DNA of 63,440 nt, filler included. It is 5 parts of 5 records of this genome, joined end to end, with 100 filler letters (N's around TTAATTAATTAA, not from the genome) between each part and the next. Parts side by side here need not be neighbours in the genome. Positions count along the whole stretch, not along the records: positions 1 to 18,129 come from SRR11831586_143; positions 18,230 to 37,059 come from SRR11831586_144; 3 more parts are not named here. The stretch is one strand, 5' to 3'. The position numbers and the translations under genes were made by a program. Position 1 is the stretch's first letter, and every line of letters begins with the position of its first letter. Of this stretch, positions 1 through 18,996 are shown one piece after another. The notes beneath the pieces were generated by a model, which searched no databases, had not been told where the DNA came from, and saw only the letters and a list, made by a program, of their open reading frames with translations.

Positions 1-316
1 GTTGCCGCATATCCCGGCAGACCAGTTCCCGGCACAGGCGCTGGCCTGCGAGCTGTATAAAGTCGCCGGTATCCGTGCGGTAGAAATTGGCTCTTTCCTG
101 TTAGGCCGCGATCCGAAAACCGGTAAACAACTGCCATGCCCGGCTGAACTGCTGCGTTTAACCATTCCGCGCGCAACATATACTCAAACACATATGGACT
201 TCATTATTGAAGCCTTTAAACATGTGAAAGAGAACGCGGCGAATATTAAAGGATTAACCTTTACGTACGAACCGAAAGTATTGCGTCACTTCACCGCAAA
301 ACTTAAAGAAGTTTAA
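1..316 (+). CDS. tnaA: Tryptophanase, 3' part (cut by window start)
   Basis: C-terminus [56 protein letters not shown]; directly upstream of tnaB. Confidence 0.97.
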
Positions 317-326
317 TTAATACTAC

Positions 327-355
327 AGAGTGGCTATAAGGATGTTAGCCACTCT
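327..355 (+). other. tnaA-tnaB intercistronic hairpin
   Basis: AGAGTGGCTA-N9-TAGCCACTCT perfect 10-bp inverted repeat, no long U-tract. Confidence 0.6.
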
Positions 356-406
356 CTTACCCTACATCCTCAATAACAAAAATAGCCTTCCTCTAAAGGT
401 GGCATC

Positions 407-1654
407 ATGACTGATCAAGCTGAAAAAAAGCACTCTGCATTTTGGGGTGTTATGGTTATAGCAGGTACAGTAATTGGTGGAGGTATGTTTGCTTTACCTG
501 TTGATCTTGCCGGTGCCTGGTTTTTCTGGGGTGCCTTTATCCTTATCATTGCCTGGTTTTCAATGCTTCATTCCGGGTTATTGTTATTAGAAGCAAATTT
601 AAATTATCCCGTCGGCTCCAGTTTTAACACCATCACCAAAGATTTAATCGGTAACACCTGGAACATTATCAGCGGTATTACCGTTGCCTTCGTTCTCTAT
701 ATCCTCACTTATGCCTATATCTCTGCTAATGGTGCGATCATTAGTGAAACGATATCAATGAATTTGGGTTATCACGCTAATCCACGTATTGTCGGGATCT
801 GCACAGCCATTTTCGTTGCCAGCGTATTGTGGTTAAGTTCGTTAGCCGCCAGTCGTATTACCTCATTGTTCCTCGGGCTGAAGATTATCTCCTTTGTGAT
901 CGTGTTTGGTTCTTTTTTCTTCCAGGTCGATTACTCCATTCTGCGCGACGCCACCAGCTCCACTGCGGGAACGTCTTACTTCCCGTATATCTTTATGGCT
1001 TTGCCGGTGTGTCTGGCGTCATTTGGTTTCCACGGCAATATTCCCAGCCTGATTATTTGCTATGGAAAACGCAAAGATAAGTTAATCAAAAGCGTGGTAT
1101 TTGGTTCGCTGCTGGCGCTGGTGATTTATCTCTTCTGGCTCTATTGCACCATGGGGAATATTCCGCGAGAAAGCTTTAAGGCGATTATCTCCTCAGGCGG
1201 CAACGTTGATTCGCTGGTGAAATCGTTCCTCGGCACCAAACAGCACGGCATTATCGAGTTTTGCCTGCTGGTGTTCTCTAACTTAGCTGTTGCCAGTTCG
1301 TTCTTTGGTGTCACGCTGGGGTTGTTCGATTATCTGGCGGACCTGTTTAAGATTGATAACTCCCACGGCGGGCGTTTCAAAACCGTGCTGTTAACCTTCC
1401 TGCCACCTGCGTTGTTGTATCTGATCTTCCCGAACGGCTTTATTTACGGGATCGGCGGTGCCGGGCTGTGCGCCACCATCTGGGCGGTCATTATTCCCGC
1501 AGTGCTTGCAATCAAAGCTCGCAAGAAGTTTCCCAATCAGATGTTCACGGTCTGGGGCGGCAATCTTATTCCGGCGATTGTCATTCTCTTTGGTATAACC
1601 GTGATTTTGTGCTGGTTCGGCAACGTCTTTAACGTGTTACCTAAATTTGGCTAA
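407..1654 (+). CDS. tnaB: Low-affinity tryptophan permease
   Basis: 415 aa hydrophobic ORF, HAAAP-family motif GTVIGGGMFALP; follows tnaA. Confidence 0.97.
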   Translation: MTDQAEKKHSAFWGVMVIAGTVIGGGMFALPVDLAGAWFFWGAFILIIAWFSMLHSGLLLLEANLNYPVGSSFNTITKDLIGNTWNIISGITVAFVLYILTYAYISANGAIISETISMNLGYHANPRIVGICTAIFVASVLWLSSLAASRITSLFLGLKIISFVIVFGSFFFQVDYSILRDATSSTAGTSYFPYIFMALPVCLASFGFHGNIPSLIICYGKRKDKLIKSVVFGSLLALVIYLFWLYCTMGNIPRESFKAIISSGGNVDSLVKSFLGTKQHGIIEFCLLVFSNLAVASSFFGVTLGLFDYLADLFKIDNSHGGRFKTVLLTFLPPALLYLIFPNGFIYGIGGAGLCATIWAVIIPAVLAIKARKKFPNQMFTVWGGNLIPAIVILFGITVILCWFGNVFNVLPKFG

Positions 1655-1660
1655 ATCCTT

Positions 1661-1689
1661 CAAGAAGCCAGCCATTCGCTGGCTTCTTG
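1661..1689 (+). terminator. Hairpin/terminator after tnaB
   Basis: CAAGAAGCCAGC-N5-GCTGGCTTCTTG 12-bp stem just after the stop codon. Confidence 0.7.
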
Positions 1690-1785
1690 CCTCTCAGGAA
1701 ATCACTTATGTCCAAATGGCAACTCGCCTGATCCTCCTTCACCACGTATGCTTTGCGTCACCTTACTATCAGGACGCTTTAGCCC

Positions 1786-2961
1786 ATGTCCCGCTTTTTG
1801 ATTTGTAGTTTTGCCCTGGTTTTACTTTATCCCGCCGGGATTGATATGTACCTCGTTGGTTTACCGCGCATCGCCGCCGATCTCAATGCCAGCGAAGCGC
1901 AGTTGCATATTGCGTTCTCCGTATATCTGGCGGGGATGGCAGCTGCGATGTTATTTGCCGGTAAAGTGGCCGATCGTTCAGGGAGAAAGCCGGTCGCCAT
2001 ACCCGGCGCGGCGCTATTTATTATTGCCTCGGTGTTCTGTTCACTGGCTGAAACCAGCACGTTATTTCTTGCAGGCCGATTTCTACAGGGGTTGGGCGCA
2101 GGCTGTTGTTACGTAGTGGCGTTCGCTATTTTGCGCGACACGCTGGATGATCGACGTCGGGCTAAAGTGCTGTCATTACTCAACGGTATTACCTGCATCA
2201 TTCCGGTGTTAGCGCCAGTGCTCGGACATCTGATTATGCTTAAATTCCCGTGGCAGAGTCTGTTCTGGGCGATGGCAATGATGGGCATCGCGGTACTGAT
2301 GTTGTCTTTGTTTATTTTAAAAGAAACGCGCCCAGCGGCCCCCGCAGCTTCGGATAAACCACGAGAAAATAGCGAGTCGCTGCTTAACCGTTTTTTCCTC
2401 AGCCGTGTTGTTATCACCACCCTCAGCGTTTCGGTGATCCTCACTTTCGTCAACACGTCACCGGTATTGCTGATGGAAATCATGGGGTTTGAGCGCGGTG
2501 AATACGCCACCATTATGGCGCTGACCGCTGGCGTCAGCATGACCGTTTCATTCTCCACGCCATTTGCGCTGGGAATTTTTAAGCCACGTACGTTGATGAT
2601 CACCTCGCAGGTGTTATTCCTGGCGGCGGGGATCACTCTTGCCGTTTCACCTTCCCATGCGGTTTCTCTGTTTGGTATCACGCTGATTTGCGCCGGTTTC
2701 TCGGTAGGTTTTGGTGTGGCGATGAGTCAGGCGTTAGGGCCGTTTTCATTACGCGCGGGCGTAGCCAGCTCGACCTTAGGTATTGCGCAGGTTTGCGGTT
2801 CGTCACTGTGGATTTGGCTGGCAGCGGTGGTTGGTATCGGCGCATGGAATATGCTGATCGGGATTCTGATTGCCTGTAGCATAGTGAGCCTGTTGCTGAT
2901 TATGTTCGTCGCGCCTGGACGCCCCGTTGCCGCTCATGAAGAAATCCATCACCACGCTTGA
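1786..2961 (+). CDS. mdtL: MFS multidrug efflux transporter
   Basis: 391 aa, MFS motif [16 protein letters not shown]1-type DMYLVGLP. Confidence 0.95.
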   Translation: MSRFLICSFALVLLYPAGIDMYLVGLPRIAADLNASEAQLHIAFSVYLAGMAAAMLFAGKVADRSGRKPVAIPGAALFIIASVFCSLAETSTLFLAGRFLQGLGAGCCYVVAFAILRDTLDDRRRAKVLSLLNGITCIIPVLAPVLGHLIMLKFPWQSLFWAMAMMGIAVLMLSLFILKETRPAAPAASDKPRENSESLLNRFFLSRVVITTLSVSVILTFVNTSPVLLMEIMGFERGEYATIMALTAGVSMTVSFSTPFALGIFKPRTLMITSQVLFLAAGITLAVSPSHAVSLFGITLICAGFSVGFGVAMSQALGPFSLRAGVASSTLGIAQVCGSSLWIWLAAVVGIGAWNMLIGILIACSIVSLLLIMFVAPGRPVAAHEEIHHHA

Positions 2962-3895
2962 TCTCAATCTGCTGCTTTGTCTGCAACTGCTGATGCAGGA
3001 GCGCAGCGTAACCAAAGCGGCGAAGCGGATAAACGTGACACCTTCGGCGGTGAGTAAGTCGCTGGCAAAGTTAAGAGCGTGGTTTGACGACCCGCTCTTT
3101 GTGAACTCACCGCTGGGTCTGTCGCCCACACCGCTGATGGTCAGCATGGAGCAAAATCTGGCGGAGTGGATGCAAATGAGCAACCTGCTGCTGGATAAAC
3201 CGCACCACCAGACACCGCGCGGCCTGAAGTTTGAGCTGGCGGCGGAATCACCGCTGATGATGATCATGCTTAATGCGCTGTCGAAACAGATCTACCAACG
3301 TTACCCGCAGGCGACCATCAAATTACGTAACTGGGATTACGATTCCTTAGATGCCATTACTCGTGGTGAAGTGGATATCGGTTTTTCCGGTCGCGAAAGC
3401 CATCCTCGCTCGCGGGAGCTGTTAAGCTCGCTACCGTTAGCCATTGATTATGAAGTGCTGTTTAGTGATGTGCCCTGCGTCTGGTTACGCAAAGATCATC
3501 CGGCACTGCATCAAACGTGGAATCTGGACACCTTCTTACGTTATCCGCATATCAGCATTTGCTGGGAACAGAGCGATACCTGGGCGCTGGACAATGTGTT
3601 ACAGGAGCTGGGACGCGAACGCACGATTGCTATGAGCCTGCCGGAATTCGAGCAGTCACTGTTTATGGCAGCGCAACCCGACAATCTGCTACTGGCGACC
3701 GCGCCGCGCTACTGTCAGTACTACAATCAACTCCATCAACTGCCGTTGGTTGCTCTTCCTCTCCCGTTTGACGAAAGCCAGCAAAAAAAGCTGGAAGTTC
3801 CTTTTACCCTGCTGTGGCATAAACGGAACAGCCATAATCCGAAGATCGTCTGGTTACGGGAAACCATTAAAAACCTTTACGCGTCGATGGCATAA
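2936..3895 (+). CDS. yidZ: LysR-family transcriptional regulator
   Basis: N-terminal Lys[29 protein letters not shown] at 2936 overlaps the mdtL 3' end. Confidence 0.95.
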
Positions 3896-4039
3896 CCGAA
3901 TCGTATGAAACGCGACCCAATTTCACAATAAAATGTAAAAAAGTTGTAATAAGCTTGTCTGAATCGAACTTTTAGCCGCTTTAGTCTGTCCATCATTCCA
4001 GTAAATGATTACTCTTGTATTCATAATGGACCATTAAGC

Positions 4040-4801
4040 ATGGAGCGAAAAATGGCGACTCACTTTGCCCGAGGGATTTTAACGGAAGGACATCTGATTT
4101 CTGTTCGTCTCCCCTCCCAGTGTCATCAAGAAGCCCGAAACATTCCCCCTCATCGTCAAAGCCGTTTTCTGGCGTCCAGAGGTTTACTCGCAGAACTGAT
4201 GTTCATGCTGTATGGCATTGGCGAATTGCCGGAAATCGTCACCCTGCCGAAAGGTAAACCGGTTTTCAGTGATAAAAATTTGCCTTCGTTTTCCATTTCC
4301 TATGCCGGGAATATGGTTGGCGTGGCGTTAACAACCGAAGGTGAATGTGGCCTCGATATGGAACTACAGCGTGCGACGCGCGGGTTTCATAGCCCACACG
4401 CGCCCGATAACCACACCTTTTCCAGCAATGAATCGCTATGGATCAGTAAACAAAACGATCCTAACGAAGCGCGGGCGCAGCTCATCACGCTGCGCCGAAG
4501 CGTGCTAAAACTAACCGGTGATGTTTTGAATGACGATCCGCGCGATCTGCAGCTGCTGCCCATTGCCGGACGCCTGAAATGTGCTCATGTAAATCATGTA
4601 GAAGCGTTATGCGACGCGGAAGACGTGCTGGTGTGGTCCGTGGCGGTCACGCCCACGATTGAAAAGCTCAGTGTCTGGGAGTTAGATGGCAAACACGGCT
4701 GGAAAAGCCTGCCGGATATTCACAGCCGCGCCAACAATCCTACCAGCCGGATGATGCGTTTTGCCCAACTCTCTACCGTGAAGGCTTTTTCGCCAAATTG
4801 A
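4040..4801 (+). CDS. yieE: Phosphopantetheinyl transferase-like protein (start may be 4052)
   Basis: GKP...FSISYAG...GLDME motifs of the Sfp/EntD superfamily; synteny. Confidence 0.88.
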   Translation: MERKMATHFARGILTEGHLISVRLPSQCHQEARNIPPHRQSRFLASRGLLAELMFMLYGIGELPEIVTLPKGKPVFSDKNLPSFSISYAGNMVGVALTTEGECGLDMELQRATRGFHSPHAPDNHTFSSNESLWISKQNDPNEARAQLITLRRSVLKLTGDVLNDDPRDLQLLPIAGRLKCAHVNHVEALCDAEDVLVWSVAVTPTIEKLSVWELDGKHGWKSLPDIHSRANNPTSRMMRFAQLSTVKAFSPN

Positions 4802-4822
4802 TAGACAACCACAGGAGTCATC

Positions 4823-5389
4823 ATGTCTGAAAAATTGCAGGTGGTTACGTTACTGGGGAGCCTGCGCAAAGGCTCATTTAATGGCATGGTTGCACGTACC
4901 CTGCCGAAAATTGCTCCGGCGAGCATGGAAGTCAATGCGTTACCATCCATTGCCGACATTCCCTTGTATGACGCTGACGTACAGCAGGAAGAAGGTTTTC
5001 CAGCAACGGTTGAAGCTCTGGCGGAACAGATCCGTCAGGCTGACGGTGTGGTGATCGTCACGCCGGAATATAACTACTCGGTACCGGGTGGGCTGAAAAA
5101 TGCCATCGACTGGCTTTCCCGCCTGCCGGATCAACCGCTGGCCGGTAAACCGGTATTGATTCAGACCAGCTCAATGGGCGTGATTGGCGGCGCGCGCTGT
5201 CAGTATCACCTGCGCCAGATTCTGGTTTTCCTCGATGCAATGGTGATGAACAAGCCGGAATTTATGGGCGGCGTGATTCAGAACAAAGTTGATCCGCAAA
5301 CCGGAGAAGTGATTGATCAGGGTACGCTGGACCACCTGACCGGGCAATTGACCGCATTTGGTGAGTTTATTCAGCGAGTTAAGATCTAA
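4823..5389 (+). CDS. chrR: NAD(P)H-dependent FMN quinone/chromate reductase
   Basis: GSLRKGSFN and TPEYNYSVPGGLKNAID motifs; SD AGGAG upstream. Confidence 0.96.
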   Translation: MSEKLQVVTLLGSLRKGSFNGMVARTLPKIAPASMEVNALPSIADIPLYDADVQQEEGFPATVEALAEQIRQADGVVIVTPEYNYSVPGGLKNAIDWLSRLPDQPLAGKPVLIQTSSMGVIGGARCQYHLRQILVFLDAMVMNKPEFMGGVIQNKVDPQTGEVIDQGTLDHLTGQLTAFGEFIQRVKI

Positions 5390-5391
5390 AT

Positions 5392-5427
5392 AAAAAACCC
5401 GCCAGCAATCATGCATGGCGGGTTTTT
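5392..5427. terminator. Bidirectional intrinsic terminator between chrR and adeP
   Basis: AAAAAACCCGCCA...TGGCGGGTTTTT between convergent genes. Confidence 0.85.
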
Positions 5428-5442
5428 AACGCGCTATCGATT

Positions 5443-6780
5443 TTAGTGAGCGTCGATAAAGACAATCTTCAGGATAAACAGCAGCGCAACGATGATTACG
5501 CACGGGCTTAGATCACGCAGACGTCCGGTACCGATTTTCATCACGCAGTAGGAGATAAAGCCCAGCGCGATACCTTCGGTAATCGAGAAGCTGAACGGCA
5601 TCATCACGGCGGTAATAAACGCCGGAACAGATTCAGTAAGATCCTGCCAGTTCACGCGTGCCAGACTGGAAGTCATCAGCACGCCAACGTAAATCAGCGC
5701 ACCAGCTGCAGCGTAGCCTGGCACCATCCCCGCCAGCGGCGACAGAAAGATAACCAGCAGGAACAGCAGACCAACAACCACTGCCGTCAGACCGGTACGA
5801 CCGCCAACCGATACGCCGGAAGAGGACTCAATATAAGCCGTAACGGAAGAAGTACCGATAAACGAACCGGTCACGGAAGAGATACTGTCGACATACAGCG
5901 CCTGCTTCATGCGCGGGAATTTCCCCTTCTCATCCGCCAGACCTGCTTTATCGGTCACGCCAATCAGCGTACCGGAGGAGTCAAACAAGTTGACCAACAT
6001 GAAAGAGAAAATCACCCCTGCCAGCCCGAGGTTAAACGACCCGGCTAAATCTACATGACCCACAACTGTCATTACGCTCGGCGGCGCAGAAACGATGCCA
6101 TTGTAGTGCACATCACCCAGCATCCAGCCCAGCAGCGTCGTCACCACGATAGAAACCAGCACCGCTGCGTGAATGTTGCGCGAGGCCAGAATAGCAATGA
6201 TGAAGAAGCCGAGGATACCCAGAAGTACGCTGTGAGAAGTCAGATTACCGATGCTCACCAGCGTTTCCGGGTTAGCGACAATCACACCTGCGTTTTTCAG
6301 CCCCATCATGCCAATGAACAGACCGATACCGCTGGTAATACCCACACGCAGACTCACCGGAATGTTGGCTATCATCCAGTAGCGAACGCGGAAAATCGTC
6401 AGTAACAGCAGACCTATCGCGCCCCAGAAGATTGCGCCCATCCCGACCTGCCACGGCAAGCCCATCGCCTGTACAACGACAAAAGCGAAGAACGCATTCA
6501 GGCCCATAGCGGGTGCCAGTGCAACTGGCAGGTTAGCAAACAGTCCCATCATAATACTGCCGAATGCAGCGATCAGACAGGTAGTGACGAAGACGGCGCT
6601 GGTATCCATGCCAGCAACGCCAAGAATTTGCGGGTTAACAAAAACGATGTAAACCATCGTCAGGAAGGTGGTAAAACCGGCGATCACTTCGGTCCGTGCC
6701 GTCGTGCCATGTTCGCGCAGTTTAAACACGCGTTCCAGCATCCCCTGACCAGAAGTCTGGGTGGTATGTTGATGACTCAT
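5443..6780 (-). CDS. adeP: Adenine permease (AzgA/NCS2 family)
   Basis: 445 aa, TEVIAGFTTFLTMVYIVFVNP and YIESSSGVSVGGRTG motifs. Confidence 0.95.
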   Translation of the reverse strand: MSHQHTTQTSGQGMLERVFKLREHGTTARTEVIAGFTTFLTMVYIVFVNPQILGVAGMDTSAVFVTTCLIAAFGSIMMGLFANLPVALAPAMGLNAFFAFVVVQAMGLPWQVGMGAIFWGAIGLLLLTIFRVRYWMIANIPVSLRVGITSGIGLFIGMMGLKNAGVIVANPETLVSIGNLTSHSVLLGILGFFIIAILASRNIHAAVLVSIVVTTLLGWMLGDVHYNGIVSAPPSVMTVVGHVDLAGSFNLGLAGVIFSFMLVNLFDSSGTLIGVTDKAGLADEKGKFPRMKQALYVDSISSVTGSFIGTSSVTAYIESSSGVSVGGRTGLTAVVVGLLFLLVIFLSPLAGMVPGYAAAGALIYVGVLMTSSLARVNWQDLTESVPAFITAVMMPFSFSITEGIALGFISYCVMKIGTGRLRDLSPCVIIVALLFILKIVFIDAH

Positions 6781-6879
6781 TATCTATTTCCGAACAAGGA
6801 GGGAAAATCCGTCGCTATCGTATACCAAAATGCGACAATAGGCGCGTTTGTGAGAGACTTTTTTATTGGATTTACTTAT

Positions 6880-6895
6880 ACGGCAACGATTGCGT
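6880..6895 (-). promoter_or_regulatory. Probable PurR box upstream of adeP
   Basis: ACGCAATCGTTGCCGT versus consensus ACGCAAACGTTTGCGT, upstream of a purine permease; weaker match at 6912-6927. Confidence 0.65.
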
Positions 6896-6944
6896 TGCGC
6901 AAATCGGCTCTACGAAAACGTTAAACTGATTAAAAAGGAAAGGC

Positions 6945-7610
6945 ATGTCCCGGATAGAAGCGGTATTTTTCGACTGCGACGGTACGCTGGTCGACAGTGA
7001 AGTCATTTGCTCTCGCGCATATGTAACGATGTTTCAGGAATTTGGTATTACGCTCGATCCTGAAGAGGTATTCAAACGTTTCAAAGGTGTAAAACTGTAC
7101 GAAATTATCGATATTGTTTCCCTTGAACATGGTGTTACGTTAGCGAAAACAGAAGCTGAACACGTTTACCGTGCAGAAGTCGCTCGGCTGTTCGATTCAG
7201 AACTGGAAGCCATCGAAGGGGCTGGAGCGCTCCTGTCAGCGATCACTGCGCCAATGTGTGTGGTATCTAACGGCCCAAATAACAAAATGCAGCATTCTAT
7301 GGGCAAGCTGAATATGTTGCACTACTTCCCGGATAAACTGTTCAGCGGCTACGATATTCAGCGCTGGAAGCCAGACCCGGCGTTAATGTTCCATGCGGCA
7401 AAAGCGATGAATGTAAATGTAGAAAACTGCATTCTGGTTGATGACTCAGTTGCCGGTGCACAATCTGGTATCGACGCAGGTATGGAAGTGTTCTACTTCT
7501 GCGCCGACCCGCACAATAAGCCGATCGTTCACCCGAAAGTCACCACCTTTACCCATCTTTCGCAGTTACCTGAACTGTGGAAAGCGCGTGGTTGGGATAT
7601 TACGGCATAG
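6945..7610 (+). CDS. yieH: HAD phosphatase (6-phosphogluconate phosphatase)
   Basis: FFDCDGTLVDS motif I, KPDP, VDDS. Confidence 0.95.
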   Translation: MSRIEAVFFDCDGTLVDSEVICSRAYVTMFQEFGITLDPEEVFKRFKGVKLYEIIDIVSLEHGVTLAKTEAEHVYRAEVARLFDSELEAIEGAGALLSAITAPMCVVSNGPNNKMQHSMGKLNMLHYFPDKLFSGYDIQRWKPDPALMFHAAKAMNVNVENCILVDDSVAGAQSGIDAGMEVFYFCADPHNKPIVHPKVTTFTHLSQLPELWKARGWDITA

Positions 7611-7613
7611 TTC

Positions 7614-7629
7614 TTCACACTCCCTTCAC
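7614..7629 (+). promoter_or_regulatory. CreB binding site (cre tag)
   Basis: Exact TTCAC-N6-TTCAC direct repeat upstream of cbrB. Confidence 0.75.
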
Positions 7630-7676
7630 TTACCCCGCTTAAATTGGCGCTCAAAGGTAAGTAAAGGGAGTTTGAT

Positions 7677-8144
7677 ATGTCTGTTTCACGTCGGGTAATA
7701 CATCACGGACTTTATTTTGCAGTTTTAGGACCGTTAATTGGTGTTCTGTTTCTTGTCCTCTACATATTCTTCGCAAAAGAACCGCTGGTTCTTTGGGTGA
7801 TAATACATCCAATTTTTCTCTTATTGTCGATAACTACGGGAGCTATTCCTGCGTTGTTAACCGGTGTAATGGTTGCCTGTCTGCCGGAAAAGATCGGGTC
7901 ACAGAAACGTTATCGTTGTCTGGCTGGTGGCATAGGTGGCGTCGTTATCACCGAGATCTATTGTGCAGTTATTGTACATATTAAGGGCATGGCTTCCTCG
8001 GAGTTGTTTGAAAACATTCTTTCTGGTGACAGTCTCGTTGTCCGCATCATTCCTGCATTGCTGGCAGGTGTGGTGATGAGCAGAATCATTACCCGTCTAC
8101 CCGGATTGGATATTTCATGTCCTGAAACAGACTCTTTAAGTTAA
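7677..8144 (+). CDS. cbrB: CreB-regulated inner membrane protein
   Basis: 155 aa, about 4 hydrophobic segments; synteny; AT-rich. Confidence 0.9.
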   Translation: MSVSRRVIHHGLYFAVLGPLIGVLFLVLYIFFAKEPLVLWVIIHPIFLLLSITTGAIPALLTGVMVACLPEKIGSQKRYRCLAGGIGGVVITEIYCAVIVHIKGMASSELFENILSGDSLVVRIIPALLAGVVMSRIITRLPGLDISCPETDSLS

Positions 8145-16800
<8,656 letters not shown>

Positions 16801-16806
<6 letters not shown>

Positions 16807-16829
16807 GCCTGCGAATGCAGTAACAATCC
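16801..16829 (-). promoter_or_regulatory. BglG RNA antiterminator RAT1
   Basis: GGATTGTTACTGCATTCGCAGGCAAAACC overlapping the 5' arm of t1. Confidence 0.9.
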
Positions 16830-16876
16830 AGTCATTTATTAATGGTTTTTATAACGAACATCCAGGTTCGGAAATT

Positions 16877-16941
16877 AATTTAATTGCGTGCAGAGAAAAT
16901 AGCAATGCGCTATTGATAAAAATATGACCATGCTCGCAGTT
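16877..16941 (-). promoter_or_regulatory. bgl promoter and CRP site (silent-type allele)
   Basis: TTGCTA-17bp-TAAATT; CRP core TGCGA-N6-TCATA at 16923-16938; AT-rich upstream region without insertion. Confidence 0.75.
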
Positions 16942-16983
16942 ATTAACTTTGTGTAATTTTAGGAATTTATAAAGTTATATATA

Positions 16984-17016
16984 ACAAATCCCAATAATTA
17001 AGTTATTGGGATTTGT
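16984..17016 (-). terminator. Hairpin/terminator after phoU
   Basis: ACAAATCCCAATAA-N5-TTATTGGGATTTGT perfect 14-bp stem. Confidence 0.75.
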
Positions 17017-17024
17017 CTGGTGAA

Positions 17025-17750
17025 TTATTTGTCGCTATCTTTCCCCGCCAGCAGTTTATCCAGCTCATCGCCACCGACGTGACGGAAATCCTGCCCCTTC
17101 ACGTAGTAGAAGATAAACTCACAAATATTCTGGCAGCGGTCGCCAATACGTTCGATAGAACGCGCGCAGAACAGCGCAGTAAGTACGCTCGGAATGGTAC
17201 GCGAATCTTCCATCATGTAGGTCATCAGTTGACGAACAATACCTTCGTATTCCTGATCGACTTTTTTATCTTCACGATAAATACGTACCGCTTCGTCAAT
17301 GTCCATCCGCGCGAACGCGTCCAGCACGTCGTGCAGCATCTGGATGGTATGACGGCCCAGCGACTCCAGACTTACCAGCAACGGCTGATGCTGCTGGGAG
17401 AATTTCTCCAGCGCAGTACGGCAGATTTTGTCCGCCACGTCGCCAATACGCTCCAGCTCGGCAATGGTTTTACTGATCACCATAACCAGTCGCAGGTCGC
17501 TCGCCGTCGGCTGACGTTTGGCGATAATGCGCACGCAGGCTTCATCGATCGCCACTTCCATCATGTTGACGTTCTTGTCGCCTTCGATGACGCGCTTCGC
17601 CAGATCGCTGTCCTGGTTATGCATCGCGGTGATTGCATCAGAAAGCTGCTGCTCCACCATGCCGCCCATGGTCATCACCTGCGTGCGGATACTTTCCAGT
17701 TCGGCGTTGAACTGGCCGGAAATATGTTTATTAAGATTGAGACTGTCCAT
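17025..17750 (-). CDS. phoU: Phosphate signalling protein PhoU
   Basis: [15 protein letters not shown] start, two ERIGD repeats; 241 aa. Confidence 0.97.
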   Translation of the reverse strand: MDSLNLNKHISGQFNAELESIRTQVMTMGGMVEQQLSDAITAMHNQDSDLAKRVIEGDKNVNMMEVAIDEACVRIIAKRQPTASDLRLVMVISKTIAELERIGDVADKICRTALEKFSQQHQPLLVSLESLGRHTIQMLHDVLDAFARMDIDEAVRIYREDKKVDQEYEGIVRQLMTYMMEDSRTIPSVLTALFCARSIERIGDRCQNICEFIFYYVKGQDFRHVGGDELDKLLAGKDSDK

Positions 17751-17764
17751 AACGCACTCCTGAA

Positions 17765-18129
<365 letters not shown>

Positions 18130-18229
18130 NNNNNNNNNNNNNNNNNNNNNNNNNNNNNNNNNNNNNNNNNNNNTTAATTAATTAANNNNNNNNNNNNNNN
18201 NNNNNNNNNNNNNNNNNNNNNNNNNNNNN
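18130..18229. other. Artificial contig linker
   Basis: N44-TTAATTAATTAA-N44; stop codons in all six frames. Confidence 0.99.
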
Positions 18230-18257
18230 CGGATAAGGCGTTTACGCCGCATCCGAC
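18230..18257. repeat. REP (PU) element, partial, at contig edge
   Basis: CGGATAAGGCGTTTACGCCGCATCCG. Confidence 0.9.
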
Positions 18258-18265
18258 ATTATTTT

Positions 18266-18886
18266 TCACGCATGCCTCGCCGATGCTAACAGCGCTCCCA
18301 CCAGCATAAACAACGAGCCGAAAATCTTATTCAGCGCCTTCATCTGCTTTGGTCCTTTAATCCATAGAGCAATCCGTTGAGCAAGGGTGGCGTAACCGAT
18401 CATCACAATAATATCGACCACAATAGTGGTGACGCCGAGCACGATATACTGCATCAGTTGCGGCTGTTGCGGCATGATGAATTGCGGAAATAGCGCCGCC
18501 AGAAACACAATACTTTTGGGATTGGTGAGATTCACAAAAACTGCGCGCTGGAACAAATGTCGACGCGATTGAGTAGAGGCCAGCGATTTAAGGTCAATTG
18601 CACCAGCGGCGCGCCACTGCTGGATTCCCAGCCAAATCAAGTAAGCCGCGCCTGCCCACTTCAACACTTCAAACGCAATCACTGAGCGGGAAAATAGCGT
18701 CCCCAACCCCACGCCAACCAGCACAATATGAATCGCCAGTCCGGTCTGAAGCCCAGCAATAGACGCCACCGCGCCGCGATAACCGTGGTTGAGCGAGGTG
18801 GTCATAGTGTTGATTGCACCAGAGCCTGGCGACAGGCTTAAAATGATCGATGTCAGCAGGTAGGCAAACCACCATTCTAAGGTCAT
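18266..18886 (-). CDS. rhtB: Homoserine/homoserine lactone efflux protein
   Basis: LysE/RhtB family SPGSG and NLTNPK motifs; 206 aa. Confidence 0.95.
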
Positions 18887-18996
18887 GATGAACTCCCGGT
18901 GTGTCTATTTTTGTGCCACAATACGCTACTGTCGCAGCGTTGTGTCAGGCACGCTAAAAAAAACGATTTTACGTGGTTTAAGAGGCAGATTACCCG

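Noticed and set aside
313..320. TTAATTAA at the tnaA stop codon
   Set aside because: Natural AT-rich sequence including the stop; no flanking Ns
18174..18185. TTAATTAATTAA palindrome recurring four times, resembling a repeat array or recombination site
   Set aside because: Always flanked by exactly 44 N on each side; it is an assembly linker
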